Source of the DNA: Bdellovibrionales bacterium
GTDB lineage: Bacteria > Bdellovibrionota > Bdellovibrionia > Bdellovibrionales > JAMPXM01
Length of the DNA: 48,089 nucleotides
Assembly (NCBI GenBank): GCA_043716655.1
Contig: JAYSYF010000092.1
Location: 1 to 48,089 of the forward strand
Direction: 5' to 3'
The notes below the pieces were generated by a model. The model worked only from the letters and a program-made list of their open reading frames with translations. It searched no databases and had not been told where the DNA came from. A program made the position numbers and the translations under genes. Below, in pieces: positions 16,224 to 25,763 of the stretch. Numbering within the stretch: position 1 is the stretch's first letter; the number at the start of each line of letters is the position of its first letter.

Positions 16224-17540
16224 GTGACCTCGAGAGACACACGCGCAACTTCAACCACGTCGAGCCCAATCTTGACTTCGGCACCAGACTCAGTGCCGCT
16301 TGTCGTACAAAAATACGGCGGCATGAGTTTAGCGACACCCGAAAATATTCGAGCTGCAGCAAGACGCGTTGCGATCCTCCGCGCGAGTGGAACAAATGTG
16401 ATCGCCGTGGTCAGCGCGATGGGTGCTGCAACCGACAGGCTGATCGAACTTGCCTACTCGGTCAGTCCAAAACCGAATCGCCGCGAACTCGACATGTTAT
16501 TGTCCACCGGCGAACGCGTTAGCATGGCACTCTTTTCGATGGCGCTCACCGATGCACTTCTCGAACTTGCACCAATGGCGAAGGCCATCAGCTTCACAGG
16601 TTCCCAAGCGGGAATTTTGACGGACGAAAATCATTCGAACGCGCGAATCATCGATGTGAAATCCATTCGCGTGCAGCAAGAACTCACGCGCGGAAACGTT
16701 GTCATTCTCGCAGGCTTCCAAGGTGTTTCTCCGATCACAAAAGAAATTACAACGCTCGGTCGCGGAGGAACAGACGTGACCGCCGTCGCACTTGCCGCCT
16801 CATTCAAGGCAACTCGATGTGAAATTTTAAAAGAAGTTCCGGGCGTGCTTTCGGCAGATCCTAAAATCGTTCCGAGCGCCCGACCGCTAAAAAATCTTAC
16901 GCACCTGCAGTTGCTCGACATGACTTTTTGGGGCGCCAAAGTTTTGCACTACCGAAGTGTTGAACTTGCCTCGACACATTCAGTGCCGCTCACGGTCGGT
17001 CTTGCTCATACGGGTGAGACAAACAGCAGCGTCACACAGGTTTTTACGAAGACGACCACTAACGAGAAGCGAGAAAATATGGTGAACGAGACGACCCCAA
17101 ATTTTGAAAACAGCTCGATACTCGCGGTTACCAGTCACGCCGACGTCCGAACGTGTGTCATAAGTGCGAACTCGATCGCAAAAGGTATCGCAGTCCTTCG
17201 ACAAACGCTAAGTCGACAAAATCTGCCTTCGCCACAAATTCTCGACGTCTCTTTGGAGAAAGACGCCGTCCTCATTCTGCTCACTGCACCTACCGAAGTG
17301 CTCGAAGCGCAAACGACAGCACTTAAAACCAACGCGTCGTTAAAAATGGATGGAACAAAACGGTCGACAGTGACCGTCACCTGCCAAGGCGCCTATGCCT
17401 CGAACATGATCGACACGCTTGTGCAAAAGTTAGAACAGAAGAATATCTCACCACAAAAAGTTTTAGCGGGCGCCCTTAGCGTCACATTCCTCGTAAACGA
17501 AGGCCAAAGAAACGAAACTGTCCAAACCCTGCACGGCTAA
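16224..17540 (+). CDS. lysC: aspartate kinase
   Basis: VVQKYGGMSLATPENIRAAARRV...VVSAMGAATDRLIELA and C-terminal ACT-like halves. GTG 16224 has AGGA upstream. The in-frame GTG at 16293 is an alternative start. Confidence 0.9.
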   Translation: MTSRDTRATSTTSSPILTSAPDSVPLVVQKYGGMSLATPENIRAAARRVAILRASGTNVIAVVSAMGAATDRLIELAYSVSPKPNRRELDMLLSTGERVSMALFSMALTDALLELAPMAKAISFTGSQAGILTDENHSNARIIDVKSIRVQQELTRGNVVILAGFQGVSPITKEITTLGRGGTDVTAVALAASFKATRCEILKEVPGVLSADPKIVPSARPLKNLTHLQLLDMTFWGAKVLHYRSVELASTHSVPLTVGLAHTGETNSSVTQVFTKTTTNEKRENMVNETTPNFENSSILAVTSHADVRTCVISANSIAKGIAVLRQTLSRQNLPSPQILDVSLEKDAVLILLTAPTEVLEAQTTALKTNASLKMDGTKRSTVTVTCQGAYASNMIDTLVQKLEQKNISPQKVLAGALSVTFLVNEGQRNETVQTLHG

Positions 17541-17588
17541 AGATACCGGTTCTTTCCGCAAAAACGTCGCGACAGAATCACATCACGC

Positions 17589-18677
17589 CTACTGAACAGC
17601 TGTTCGTATCCAGTCGCTAAGTAAACTCACGAATGCCGGAACTTTATCAGAGTCGAACGTTGCGCTCACAAGTTCGTGTCGACGAGCCTCAGGTAGGCTG
17701 ACCGTCTTCGACTGCTCATTACTAAATGATTTTCCAATCTCGACAGCTCTCGAAGTGTCGACGACATCATCGAATTCGCTGTAAACGGTGAGTACCGGAA
17801 CGATGATCTTCGAAAGATCGAGTTTTTGCATAATGGCGACGGTTTGCTGCATGGCGAACAATCCTTCAACCCGATAACGCGAGGTCCATCTTTCGGCATG
17901 CATTGGATTCGACGTCGCAAATTCGCGCTCGTTGCCAACGATGAGCCGACCAATACTCCCGGCAAACGGCCCACCAAGAATGCTCGCACCACGCGCGAGT
18001 ACTTCGTAATTCGGTGACAGCAGCACCAGGGCAGCGACTTTTTTCGCCGATGGTAAATTCAAATTGCGAACTACATTCTCTAAAACTAGCGGTGCCCCCG
18101 TCGACATACCCACAACAATCACGCGCTCACCAATCTGTTGGCCGATCGCGATGGCTTCTTCGACATCCACCGCCCAATCGCGAGCATGGACAATCGCGAA
18201 ATCTTCGCCTTTCGTCAGACCGTGCGCCTTAAGCCGCGTAAAAAAAACGTTCGCACCTAAAGCAGTAGCAGTTTTGCTAATGACCGGATCAATCTCGAGA
18301 CGACTCGCCGAAAATCCGTGAATATAAACGATCGAAAGCGGAGTTTTGAACTTATCGCCCGCCCACATTACAGATTTCCGCTGATCTTTTTTAATTAATA
18401 TTTGGCGCAGTGAAAGTCGCTTCTCAACGTCGAGTTCGCGCGCTTCAATCCAAGCATCCATCGACGGCCGGGTGTTCAATTCCCGAATTTGATTGGTCAA
18501 TGGCTCGGCTCGAACCGCTATTTTTTCGCGATCGAACTGGGCACGTACGAGGCGGTCCGACTCGGAAAAGTGCTCATAGCAAAGTGCAACCAACACCAAC
18601 GCCAGCACCACCAAAAAGGCGAGGACAGTAAGTAAAACACGGCTTTGCCAAGCTGATTTAGAGTGTGGAATTTTCAT
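17589..18677 (-). CDS. membrane-anchored alpha/beta hydrolase (lysophospholipase/esterase-like)
   Basis: N-terminal TM helix and a GxSxG nucleophile elbow (VVGMSTGAP). Confidence 0.75.
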   Translation of the reverse strand: MKIPHSKSAWQSRVLLTVLAFLVVLALVLVALCYEHFSESDRLVRAQFDREKIAVRAEPLTNQIRELNTRPSMDAWIEARELDVEKRLSLRQILIKKDQRKSVMWAGDKFKTPLSIVYIHGFSASRLEIDPVISKTATALGANVFFTRLKAHGLTKGEDFAIVHARDWAVDVEEAIAIGQQIGERVIVVGMSTGAPLVLENVVRNLNLPSAKKVAALVLLSPNYEVLARGASILGGPFAGSIGRLIVGNEREFATSNPMHAERWTSRYRVEGLFAMQQTVAIMQKLDLSKIIVPVLTVYSEFDDVVDTSRAVEIGKSFSNEQSKTVSLPEARRHELVSATFDSDKVPAFVSLLSDWIRTAVQ

Positions 18678-18792
18678 AGATGCTTCTTAAACCTCGTTAA
18701 CTCGCGCTCCCGTTAAGGGCCATCGACGGCCTTTGACCTGAGCTCACCGCAACACTACTCGTACCTGCTAGCAAATCATTCTCGGAGGCCTC

Positions 18793-19701
18793 TTGAAAAG
18801 CACTCTCTTCGTCTATGTGATTCTACCGGTTTTGATGCTCGTCGCGCCAGTCCTCGTGCACGCGGCGTCGCCGCTGACGTGCAAAGATGTCGAAGACGCG
18901 GCACGCGAAGAATACTTCACGACGACGACTAAAAAAGTCATCGACCCCGCTTATCAGGAAAGTCTGATTCGTAAATCCGCTGCGATCTTTCTTGGAATCG
19001 ACACTTCAAAGATTTCGATGAAAAAACTCGAGAAGCTTGCCGAAGACCCCGCAACTGACGTTGTCGAAGATCCACTCGGCCGAACATATGCCATGGCGCA
19101 AATCGGATTCGGTGGCGGCAACTCGATCAATTATTATTACAAGTTCGGCAACCTCGAACTTCTGCCTGTCGCGCTCTACGATGGAGACTGCATCGAACAA
19201 GGTTCTGACGAATCATTTCCGTTCGAAGTTGATCGAGTCGATTTTGACGGTACGGCGCTGATGACCTGCACCGTTGCGGATCCAGAGTCTCCGGTCAGCG
19301 ACTACACGATTCGAATCAACACCGAAGCCGGAAACTACACAGGCGACAAATCCTCTGTGACTGCGACACTCAACCCGGATTTCGAAAACCTGACGGCACT
19401 CGCAAAAGCACAGAGCTTGCGCCGAAAATTGAAGCCGACACACGTGAACTTCAATACGAAGAAGTTCGGCAAGAGCATGAACGTTTCTCTGCGTTTCAAT
19501 AATCGCCAGGCCGGCGAGCGCGTGATCGAACTTCATCTCACGGCCCGCGACAAAGCCGAAGCCAGCGTCTGGGGCAAAGTCTATATGAACAAAGTCGGCG
19601 GCCATCATGCGGACGATTCGTACGAGTTCAATTATCCTGCGACATGTGCGTTCACTGGCACTCTCACTGGCAAAATCTTTAAACGATTCATGAAGTACTA
19701 G
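18793..19701 (+). CDS. hypothetical exported protein (orphan), upstream partner of the barstar-like gene
   Basis: TTG start with GGAGG 4 nt upstream. Signal peptide MKSTLFVYVILPVLMLVAPVLVHA-AS. I recognise no family. The C-terminus has weak barnase-like echoes only. Confidence 0.6.
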   Translation: MKSTLFVYVILPVLMLVAPVLVHAASPLTCKDVEDAAREEYFTTTTKKVIDPAYQESLIRKSAAIFLGIDTSKISMKKLEKLAEDPATDVVEDPLGRTYAMAQIGFGGGNSINYYYKFGNLELLPVALYDGDCIEQGSDESFPFEVDRVDFDGTALMTCTVADPESPVSDYTIRINTEAGNYTGDKSSVTATLNPDFENLTALAKAQSLRRKLKPTHVNFNTKKFGKSMNVSLRFNNRQAGERVIELHLTARDKAEASVWGKVYMNKVGGHHADDSYEFNYPATCAFTGTLTGKIFKRFMKY

Positions 19702-19702
19702 A

Positions 19703-20086
19703 ATGAAATCCGCGTTGCGAATCCTGCTAACGACTTCGACGATTGGGCTGCTCTTGGCCGGTATTGCCGTCATGGGTCCGTCGTCGGATGCAGCAGATAG
19801 CAGCCTGAGCCAAGCAGAACTCACTCACTTTGTGTTCACATGCGAAACTCGCGAGCGCGATTTTTATGATTGGATTGAAGCGGTACTCTGGAAAAAGCCA
19901 CGCCACTTCGGTCGCAATCTCGACGCAGCCATCGACGCCCTTGTCTCTGAGCCAAACTGGACCATTCGCATAGCGGATCAAACCTGCAAAACCGATACGA
20001 TTCCGAAGAGCCGCCGCGAAGCTTTGTACTTCATGATCGACGACGCCCACACCGAAGGTGCCGGCAAAATTCTCTACGGGCGCTAA
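19703..20086 (+). CDS. barstar-family (RNase inhibitor-like) domain protein with an N-terminal signal/anchor segment
   Basis: HFGRNLDAAIDALVS compares with barstar YYGENLDALWDCLTG. EALYFMIDDAHTEGAGKILY compares with ESVLQVFREAKAEGCDITIIL. The N-terminus is hydrophobic (MKSALRILLTTSTIGLLLAGIAVMG). The ATG is 1 nt after the upstream stop. Confidence 0.65.
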   Translation: MKSALRILLTTSTIGLLLAGIAVMGPSSDAADSSLSQAELTHFVFTCETRERDFYDWIEAVLWKKPRHFGRNLDAAIDALVSEPNWTIRIADQTCKTDTIPKSRREALYFMIDDAHTEGAGKILYGR

Positions 20087-20160
20087 GAAGCTAAACGGTT
20101 CTCATTTCGAGACACGATCCTCGTCTCGCCGAATTCCTGTCGGAACCCGATAAGAATAGC

Positions 20161-21837
20161 GTGCAACGTCGGGTTTTCACTTTCTTTATATTCCTAGGTT
20201 TCATTGCAGTAAATGCGGCCGCCGCCATTGCGGCGACGTCCGTGCCGATTGAAGTTTCACAGGTCACTAAATGTGACATCGAATTCGCAAACCTCGGCGC
20301 GCAAGGCATTTTGACCGCAAAATCTGAACTCATCGCCCGCTATCTTCACCGGAGCTTCGCGACCATTCGCGAAAATCGAAGGTGGATTCGTCTCGCCAAG
20401 GAATCTGACGAGAAATCAGGTGTCGTGTTTGGCGACACAGAATTCTCAAACCTTCAAAAGGTCAACACGCTAACGAATGACAAGAATTTCGCAACGAGCG
20501 TTTCCAATAAACACAAAGAGCTGACCGTCGAGATGCTAAAAACCATTCGAGACAGGCACAAAGGTTTAGTCGACATCGTTATCTATTCGGATTTTAAATC
20601 GGTTCGTTATGCAATCGTTGGCAAGAAACCTCTGAAAGCGGTGCCTGCGCAAGCGCTTGAAGAAATAACTAAGAGCCTTGAAGCCGGCTTTTTGAACGTG
20701 AATGCGCTCTTCGAAACATACATTGTCGAAAACGGATTGGACGTTGCCGAGGCGGGAGCCCTGGGACAATGGTTTCGCGGTGGCCTTGGACACACAGCCG
20801 ACCAGGCCAACTTTGCAGCCAGAACTTCGCGCGATATGGGGGGCGGCAATCCGCTACGGAACTTCAGCGATCCTGAAATTCACCGAAATCTTTCTTCCTA
20901 TCATAAATGGGCGGAGCAAATGCGCACCGATGATCTTTTGCCCGATCCAGCAATGGGACCACTGGTAGATAAAGGGTTTATCCGCGATGACGTTCTCGAT
21001 TTAATCAAAAAGACGCCCGATCTAAGCGCGGCGCAAGAACGGATTCGGTCCAAGTACGGCACTACGCTGAACGACGATCAAATTCAACGACTTCAGATCT
21101 ACAACGAAATCATCGACAAATTCAGCCCCGGCATTTTTGTAGCTGAACGCAGAGTGGCGTCGCTTGAGGACGCACACCTCGGCGGCCTGTCGGCTGACTT
21201 CTCGGGCCTCAGCGCCAAAAACCGTGGCGCCACCGCACGAGCAATTGCAGAAGGAAAAAACTTAGAAGATGTTTTGGCGCTTGCCCGCAAGAATGAACAA
21301 GAGCTCACCAAGGTGTTCACAAAACTTAGTCGGGCATTTACCAAAACCGTCGGTCGCTACCTGTCGGCAACTGTTTCTTCGGGTGATGATTTTGTTGGGC
21401 ATGCCGCTAAGGTTTGGACGCTCGAGAGCAAACAGAGGCTCACTAACGACGTCGCAAAGCTCGAATACTTTCGAATCATGAGACTTTCAGAATCGGAAAG
21501 TCCAACGCTTCCGCGCATTGCGTTCATTGGCCAGGGCGTGGCCATGAAAGATCGAAACCTGCTAGCGGCGCACGGCGAGGCGATTGAAAAAGAACTGCGC
21601 AAAGAACTCGAAGGAAAGATCTCGAACGGGAAATTAAACCAGCTCATCTTCGGAATCGATATGCACGGCAAAGCCGCAAGACAAGGCGACGTCAGCCTCT
21701 TCGTAGGAGAAGGGTCGCAAGGCTCACTGAGTCCGACCGAACGCGGGGTGATCGAAACAGCATTCAAAGCGGCCGTCCCTCGCTTCAACAGTCGGGCGGA
21801 TTCTGACAACGCACTCTCAGACTATTTAGCGAAATGA
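20161..21837 (+). CDS. hypothetical exported protein (558 aa orphan)
   Basis: GTG start. Signal peptide MQRRVFTFFIFLGFIAVNAAAAIA-AT. I recognise no family. Confidence 0.6.
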   Translation: MQRRVFTFFIFLGFIAVNAAAAIAATSVPIEVSQVTKCDIEFANLGAQGILTAKSELIARYLHRSFATIRENRRWIRLAKESDEKSGVVFGDTEFSNLQKVNTLTNDKNFATSVSNKHKELTVEMLKTIRDRHKGLVDIVIYSDFKSVRYAIVGKKPLKAVPAQALEEITKSLEAGFLNVNALFETYIVENGLDVAEAGALGQWFRGGLGHTADQANFAARTSRDMGGGNPLRNFSDPEIHRNLSSYHKWAEQMRTDDLLPDPAMGPLVDKGFIRDDVLDLIKKTPDLSAAQERIRSKYGTTLNDDQIQRLQIYNEIIDKFSPGIFVAERRVASLEDAHLGGLSADFSGLSAKNRGATARAIAEGKNLEDVLALARKNEQELTKVFTKLSRAFTKTVGRYLSATVSSGDDFVGHAAKVWTLESKQRLTNDVAKLEYFRIMRLSESESPTLPRIAFIGQGVAMKDRNLLAAHGEAIEKELRKELEGKISNGKLNQLIFGIDMHGKAARQGDVSLFVGEGSQGSLSPTERGVIETAFKAAVPRFNSRADSDNALSDYLAK

Positions 21838-21852
21838 AATTCCCGAAAAACA

Positions 21853-21878
21853 AAAAGGAGACCTCGCGGTCTCCTTTT
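21853..21878. terminator. bidirectional rho-independent terminator shared by the 20161..21837 gene and recA
   Basis: AAAAGGAGACC-TCGC-GGTCTCCTTTT is an 11-bp stem flanked by A-runs and T-runs on both sides. Confidence 0.75.
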
Positions 21879-21949
21879 CATTGTTCTCATCAGCAGTTTC
21901 TTGATTAGTCGATCAGAACCGAGCCTGCGAAGGGCCCGAAATGTTAAAA

Positions 21950-23320
21950 TTAGTTCTTCTTAGAAGCCGGCATCGCTGCCGTCTTTTTATCGTCCGACGC
22001 TTTCTTCAAAGCTTCTTTCGACGCGGATGGCATCGCGGCTGGTGCAGGCGGTTTCGCCGTAGCTGCTGCCACCGGCGGAACTGCTGGCATAGCTGCAGGT
22101 TTTGCTGCCATTGCACTTGGTGCAACCGTTGCTTTACCAGCAGCAGTAGCGCCGACTGGCATCTCTTCGTCTTCACCATCATCAAGCTTCGCATTCAGAT
22201 CTACATCTGGTGCGATAACGCCGATTTTGTGAAGCTCGAGAATTTTCTTACGAAGCTGTTCGAGCAATGGCTTGTTGTCTTTCAGGTATTGTTTCGCCTG
22301 ATCGCGGCCTTGACCCATACGTTCACCGTTGTACGAATACCAAGCGCCCGACTTCTCGATGATGTTGTGTTGTGCGCCGAGATCGACGACATCACCTTCA
22401 AGCGAGAAACCTTCGCCGTACATCAGATCGAATTCTGCTTTTGCGAACGGCGGAGCCATTTTGTTTTTCACAACTTTGACGGCCGTGCGGTTACCGACAA
22501 CCTCTTCACCGTTTTTGATCGCGCCGATGCGGCGGATATCGAGACGAACCGAAGAATAAAACTTCAACGCGTTTCCACCGGTCGTTGTTTCTGGGCTTCC
22601 GAACATCACACCGATCTTCATACGGATCTGGTTGATGAAGATAACCATCGTTTGGCTGCGAGCGATCGCCGACGTCAGTTTGCGAAGTGCCTGCGACATC
22701 AAACGCGCTTGCAGTCCCATGTGACTATCGCCCATGTCGCCTTCGATTTCCGCGCGAGGTACCAACGCCGCGACCGAGTCGATGACGAGTACGTCAATGG
22801 CGCCGGATCGAACGAGTGTTTCTGTAATTTCGAGAGCCTGCTCACCGGTGTCCGGTTGAGAAATCAAAAGATCTTCCGTGCGAACTCCGAGCTTTCGAGC
22901 ATAACCGATGTCGAGCGCGTGCTCGGCGTCGATGAATGCCACGACTCCGCCCAATTTTTGCGCCTCGGCGATCACCGAAAGACACAACGTTGTTTTACCC
23001 GATGATTCTGGTCCATAAATCTCGACAATCCGGCCCTTTGGCAGTCCGCCAATTCCGAGCGCGATATCTAATGAGAGGGAACCGGTCGACACGACTTGAA
23101 CGTCACGAACGAGTGGTTCACCCGCGCCCAAACGCATGATCGAACCCTTGCCGAATTGTTTTTCGATCGCACCAACGGCGAGTTCGAGAGCTTTGCCTTT
23201 TTCAGCGAGAGCTTTTACGTCTTGTGCGGCTTTTTTCTCGTCGAGTGCCGACATCTTCGCGCCAGTCGCCTTCGAATCAGCCTTCAAATCGTTTTTCGTC
23301 TCAGTCATTTGTGTTGCCAT
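21950..23320 (-). CDS. recA: recombinase RecA with N- and C-terminal extensions
   Basis: [14 protein letters not shown]...[13 protein letters not shown]...FIDAEHALD...[25 protein letters not shown]. The protein is 456 aa, against about 350 aa typical. AAGAGGAA lies upstream of ATG 23320. Confidence 0.97.
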   Translation of the reverse strand: MATQMTETKNDLKADSKATGAKMSALDEKKAAQDVKALAEKGKALELAVGAIEKQFGKGSIMRLGAGEPLVRDVQVVSTGSLSLDIALGIGGLPKGRIVEIYGPESSGKTTLCLSVIAEAQKLGGVVAFIDAEHALDIGYARKLGVRTEDLLISQPDTGEQALEITETLVRSGAIDVLVIDSVAALVPRAEIEGDMGDSHMGLQARLMSQALRKLTSAIARSQTMVIFINQIRMKIGVMFGSPETTTGGNALKFYSSVRLDIRRIGAIKNGEEVVGNRTAVKVVKNKMAPPFAKAEFDLMYGEGFSLEGDVVDLGAQHNIIEKSGAWYSYNGERMGQGRDQAKQYLKDNKPLLEQLRKKILELHKIGVIAPDVDLNAKLDDGEDEEMPVGATAAGKATVAPSAMAAKPAAMPAVPPVAAATAKPPAPAAMPSASKEALKKASDDKKTAAMPASKKN

Positions 23321-23423
23321 GTTTTATTCCTCTTGTTGCGTGCAGGCCCTTCCCCGCGCGCTCTTGTTGTGAGCCCATTCAGTACCCGTTTTTCGAAATG
23401 TACAACTTTTATTTACACTAAAC

Positions 23424-23939
23424 TTACACTTCGGACGAAGTACGGAACCTTTGGTCGAGTCCCTCAATTCCTTGGTCTAGCGCGAGACTCAGCGCATCGA
23501 CCACGAACTTTGCGGACTGATCTTGAATTGCCGCACGGTCTCCATCGAAGTGCTGAACAGTCGACCATTCAAGACCGGGACCCACTATAGAAAAGCAAAC
23601 TGTGCCGACTGGTTTGGCGGGACTGCCGCCGCTCGGACCGGCGATTCCAGTGATGCTGGCTGCCCAATCCGAACGCAAAACTTTTTTAGCGCCACGCGCC
23701 ATCTCGCGTGCGACCGCAGTCGAAACCGCGCCGAGCTGCCGAATTAAAGAGAGCGGTACACCCAAAACTTCGGTCTTCACTTCGTTGGTGTAACAGACCA
23801 CGGCTCCGCAAAAAACATCAGACACACCGGGAAGCGCCGCCATCCGCGACGAGACAAGACCGCCCGTGCAACTCTCGGCAAACGCAACTCGATGTCCACG
23901 CGCACGCAACCCGGTCGCGAGCTTTTCGATGGAGCTCAC
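23424..23939 (-). CDS. pncC: CinA C-terminal-domain protein / nicotinamide-nucleotide amidohydrolase PncC
   Basis: VAFAESCTGGLVSSRMAALPGVSDVFCGAVVCYTNEVK. I place the start at GTG 23939, preceded by GGAGG. It overlaps the pgpA stop as GTGA. Confidence 0.85.
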   Translation of the reverse strand: MSSIEKLATGLRARGHRVAFAESCTGGLVSSRMAALPGVSDVFCGAVVCYTNEVKTEVLGVPLSLIRQLGAVSTAVAREMARGAKKVLRSDWAASITGIAGPSGGSPAKPVGTVCFSIVGPGLEWSTVQHFDGDRAAIQDQSAKFVVDALSLALDQGIEGLDQRFRTSSEV

Positions 23940-24430
23940 AAGCCGCCTCCGAACGCACCGCCGCTGAGCCACGTCGTTTTACTAACCACGAATTGCAGAA
24001 TTATGTTCGCAATGAGGCCCGCCGCAAGATCGTCGACGACGACTCCCAGACCGCCCTTCACTTTCTTATCGAGGACCGAAATCGGATACGGTTTTACGAT
24101 ATCAAAAAAGCGAAACAAGACAAACGACGCAACGACCGACATCCACGTCACCGGCAGCCAAGCGAAAGCCACGAGGTAGCCGACGACTTCGTCGATCACG
24201 ATTGTTTTTGAATCGTGCGAGCCAAGTTTTCGTTCGTGAAGTTCAGAAATCCAAATCGAAAAAGCGATGAGAACCGTCGTCGCGGCCAGATAGAAATTCG
24301 GACCGACGGACGCCAGTAATAATGCGATCGGAATCGCGACGAGAGTTCCGAAAGTTCCCGGTGCCTTCGGAATCAATCCGACGAAGCCAGCAGTAGCGAA
24401 AAACTCGATCAAACGTGGATGCAGTTTCAT
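23936..24430 (-). CDS. pgpA: phosphatidylglycerophosphatase A
   Basis: GFVGLIPKAPGTFGTLVAIP...IVIDEVVGYLVAF...FRFFDIVKPYP are PgpA family motifs. Confidence 0.9.
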   Translation of the reverse strand: MKLHPRLIEFFATAGFVGLIPKAPGTFGTLVAIPIALLLASVGPNFYLAATTVLIAFSIWISELHERKLGSHDSKTIVIDEVVGYLVAFAWLPVTWMSVVASFVLFRFFDIVKPYPISVLDKKVKGGLGVVVDDLAAGLIANIILQFVVSKTTWLSGGAFGGGL

Positions 24431-24566
24431 GATGCCCGACGTTCGCCCGGCGATGCGATGAAGTCAAAACCAGGTTCGGCTAGTTTGGGTCGGGCTTTAA
24501 ATCTCGGAACTGCCGACAAACCGATCCGCGCGCTAAGATAAACATGACGTTGGGAGTCTAAAGCTC

Positions 24567-25763
24567 ATGGCCTTGTCGCTCAGAGAAATTCTTGAAATGG
24601 CTGTCACAAAAGAAGCCAGCGATATCCATTTGAAAGCGGGGCTTGTCCCCGTCATTCGCAAGCACGGAAAACTGCGTCCGCTAAGCCAAGGACTCGTTCA
24701 GCTCAGCGCACAAGATGTCGAACGTATGGCGAACGAAGTTTTAGATGAAGAACAACGAACTCATTTTCTGAAGTTCAAAGAAGTCGACTGCGGTTATGGA
24801 GTTTCGGGCCTCGGACGTTTTCGCGTAAATATTTTCCGCCAGCGCGGCTCTGTGCGAATGGTGATTCGAACTATTTCTCAGTTGGTTCCGTCGGTCGACA
24901 GCCTGAATCTGCCCCCGGTCGTGAAAAAAATCGCCGAGTTCGAGCGCGGCCTCGTTCTCGTCACCGGCATCACCGGTTCTGGAAAAAGTTCGACGTTGGC
25001 TTCGATCATCAACGAAATCAACAATACGAAAAACAAACATATCCTGACGATTGAAGATCCGATCGAGTATCTGATTCGCGACAAGAAGAGCATCATCTCG
25101 CAGCGTGAAATCGGACAAGATACGACGACATTCTCGCACGCACTTCGCGCGGGCCTTCGTCAAGATCCCGACGTCATTCTCATAGGAGAAATGCGCGATC
25201 GTGACACGATGGAAATCGCGCTGACCGCCGCCGAGACTGGCCACTTGGTACTCTCGACATTACACACATACGACGCTCAAGAATCGATCAGCCGAATTCT
25301 TTCAGTCTTCGATCATTTTCAACACGATCAAGTCCGAAGGCAGCTCGCGGGAGTTTTAAAAGCCGTCGTGTCTCAACGTCTGTGCCGACGAAAAGACAAA
25401 AGCGGTTTCGTTCCGGCTGTTGAGATTCTTTTGGTGAATCAGCGCGCACGCGAGTGCATCGAAGACGCAGAAAGAAATGCGTCGCTTCGACTCATCATGG
25501 AAGAAAGTCGCGATAGTTTCGGGATGCAAACGTTCGATCAAAGTCTGTTTGATCTTGTGAACCAAGGTCATATCGACTTTGCAGAAGCGATGCGCATGTC
25601 CACCAACCCTGATGACTTCCAGCTGCGATTCAGCGGTGTCTCAGCTGGCCAAGACCAGTGGTCGAAAAACGGAGAATCGACGCAAGGCGGAGACGGATCG
25701 CCGTTTGAACTTGAACTCGACGCCTCGTCGGATGACCGTAGTGCCAATGGAAACGACGACTAA
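24567..25763 (+). CDS. pilT: type IV pilus retraction ATPase PilT family
   Basis: Walker A motif GITGSGKSSTLAS; also ILTIEDPIEY, ILIGEMRD and TGHLVLSTLHT. It carries about 40 aa of acidic C-terminal extension. Confidence 0.9.
   Translation: MALSLREILEMAVTKEASDIHLKAGLVPVIRKHGKLRPLSQGLVQLSAQDVERMANEVLDEEQRTHFLKFKEVDCGYGVSGLGRFRVNIFRQRGSVRMVIRTISQLVPSVDSLNLPPVVKKIAEFERGLVLVTGITGSGKSSTLASIINEINNTKNKHILTIEDPIEYLIRDKKSIISQREIGQDTTTFSHALRAGLRQDPDVILIGEMRDRDTMEIALTAAETGHLVLSTLHTYDAQESISRILSVFDHFQHDQVRRQLAGVLKAVVSQRLCRRKDKSGFVPAVEILLVNQRARECIEDAERNASLRLIMEESRDSFGMQTFDQSLFDLVNQGHIDFAEAMRMSTNPDDFQLRFSGVSAGQDQWSKNGESTQGGDGSPFELELDASSDDRSANGNDD

Noticed and set aside
21941-23005. 354-aa plus-strand ORF, Cys/Arg/Phe-rich
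   Set aside because: It lies entirely antisense to the unmistakable recA coding sequence. It has no RBS or family resemblance. It is a shadow ORF caused by recA codon bias.
23367-23382. Possible SOS/LexA box upstream of recA (minus strand CTGA-N8-ACAA), plus nearby TGTACA and TTTCGAAA palindromes
   Set aside because: It matches only 6 of 8 positions of the CTGT-N8-ACAG core. There is no exact GAAC-N4-GTTC box either. The evidence is too weak to call, and recA may not be LexA-regulated in this lineage.
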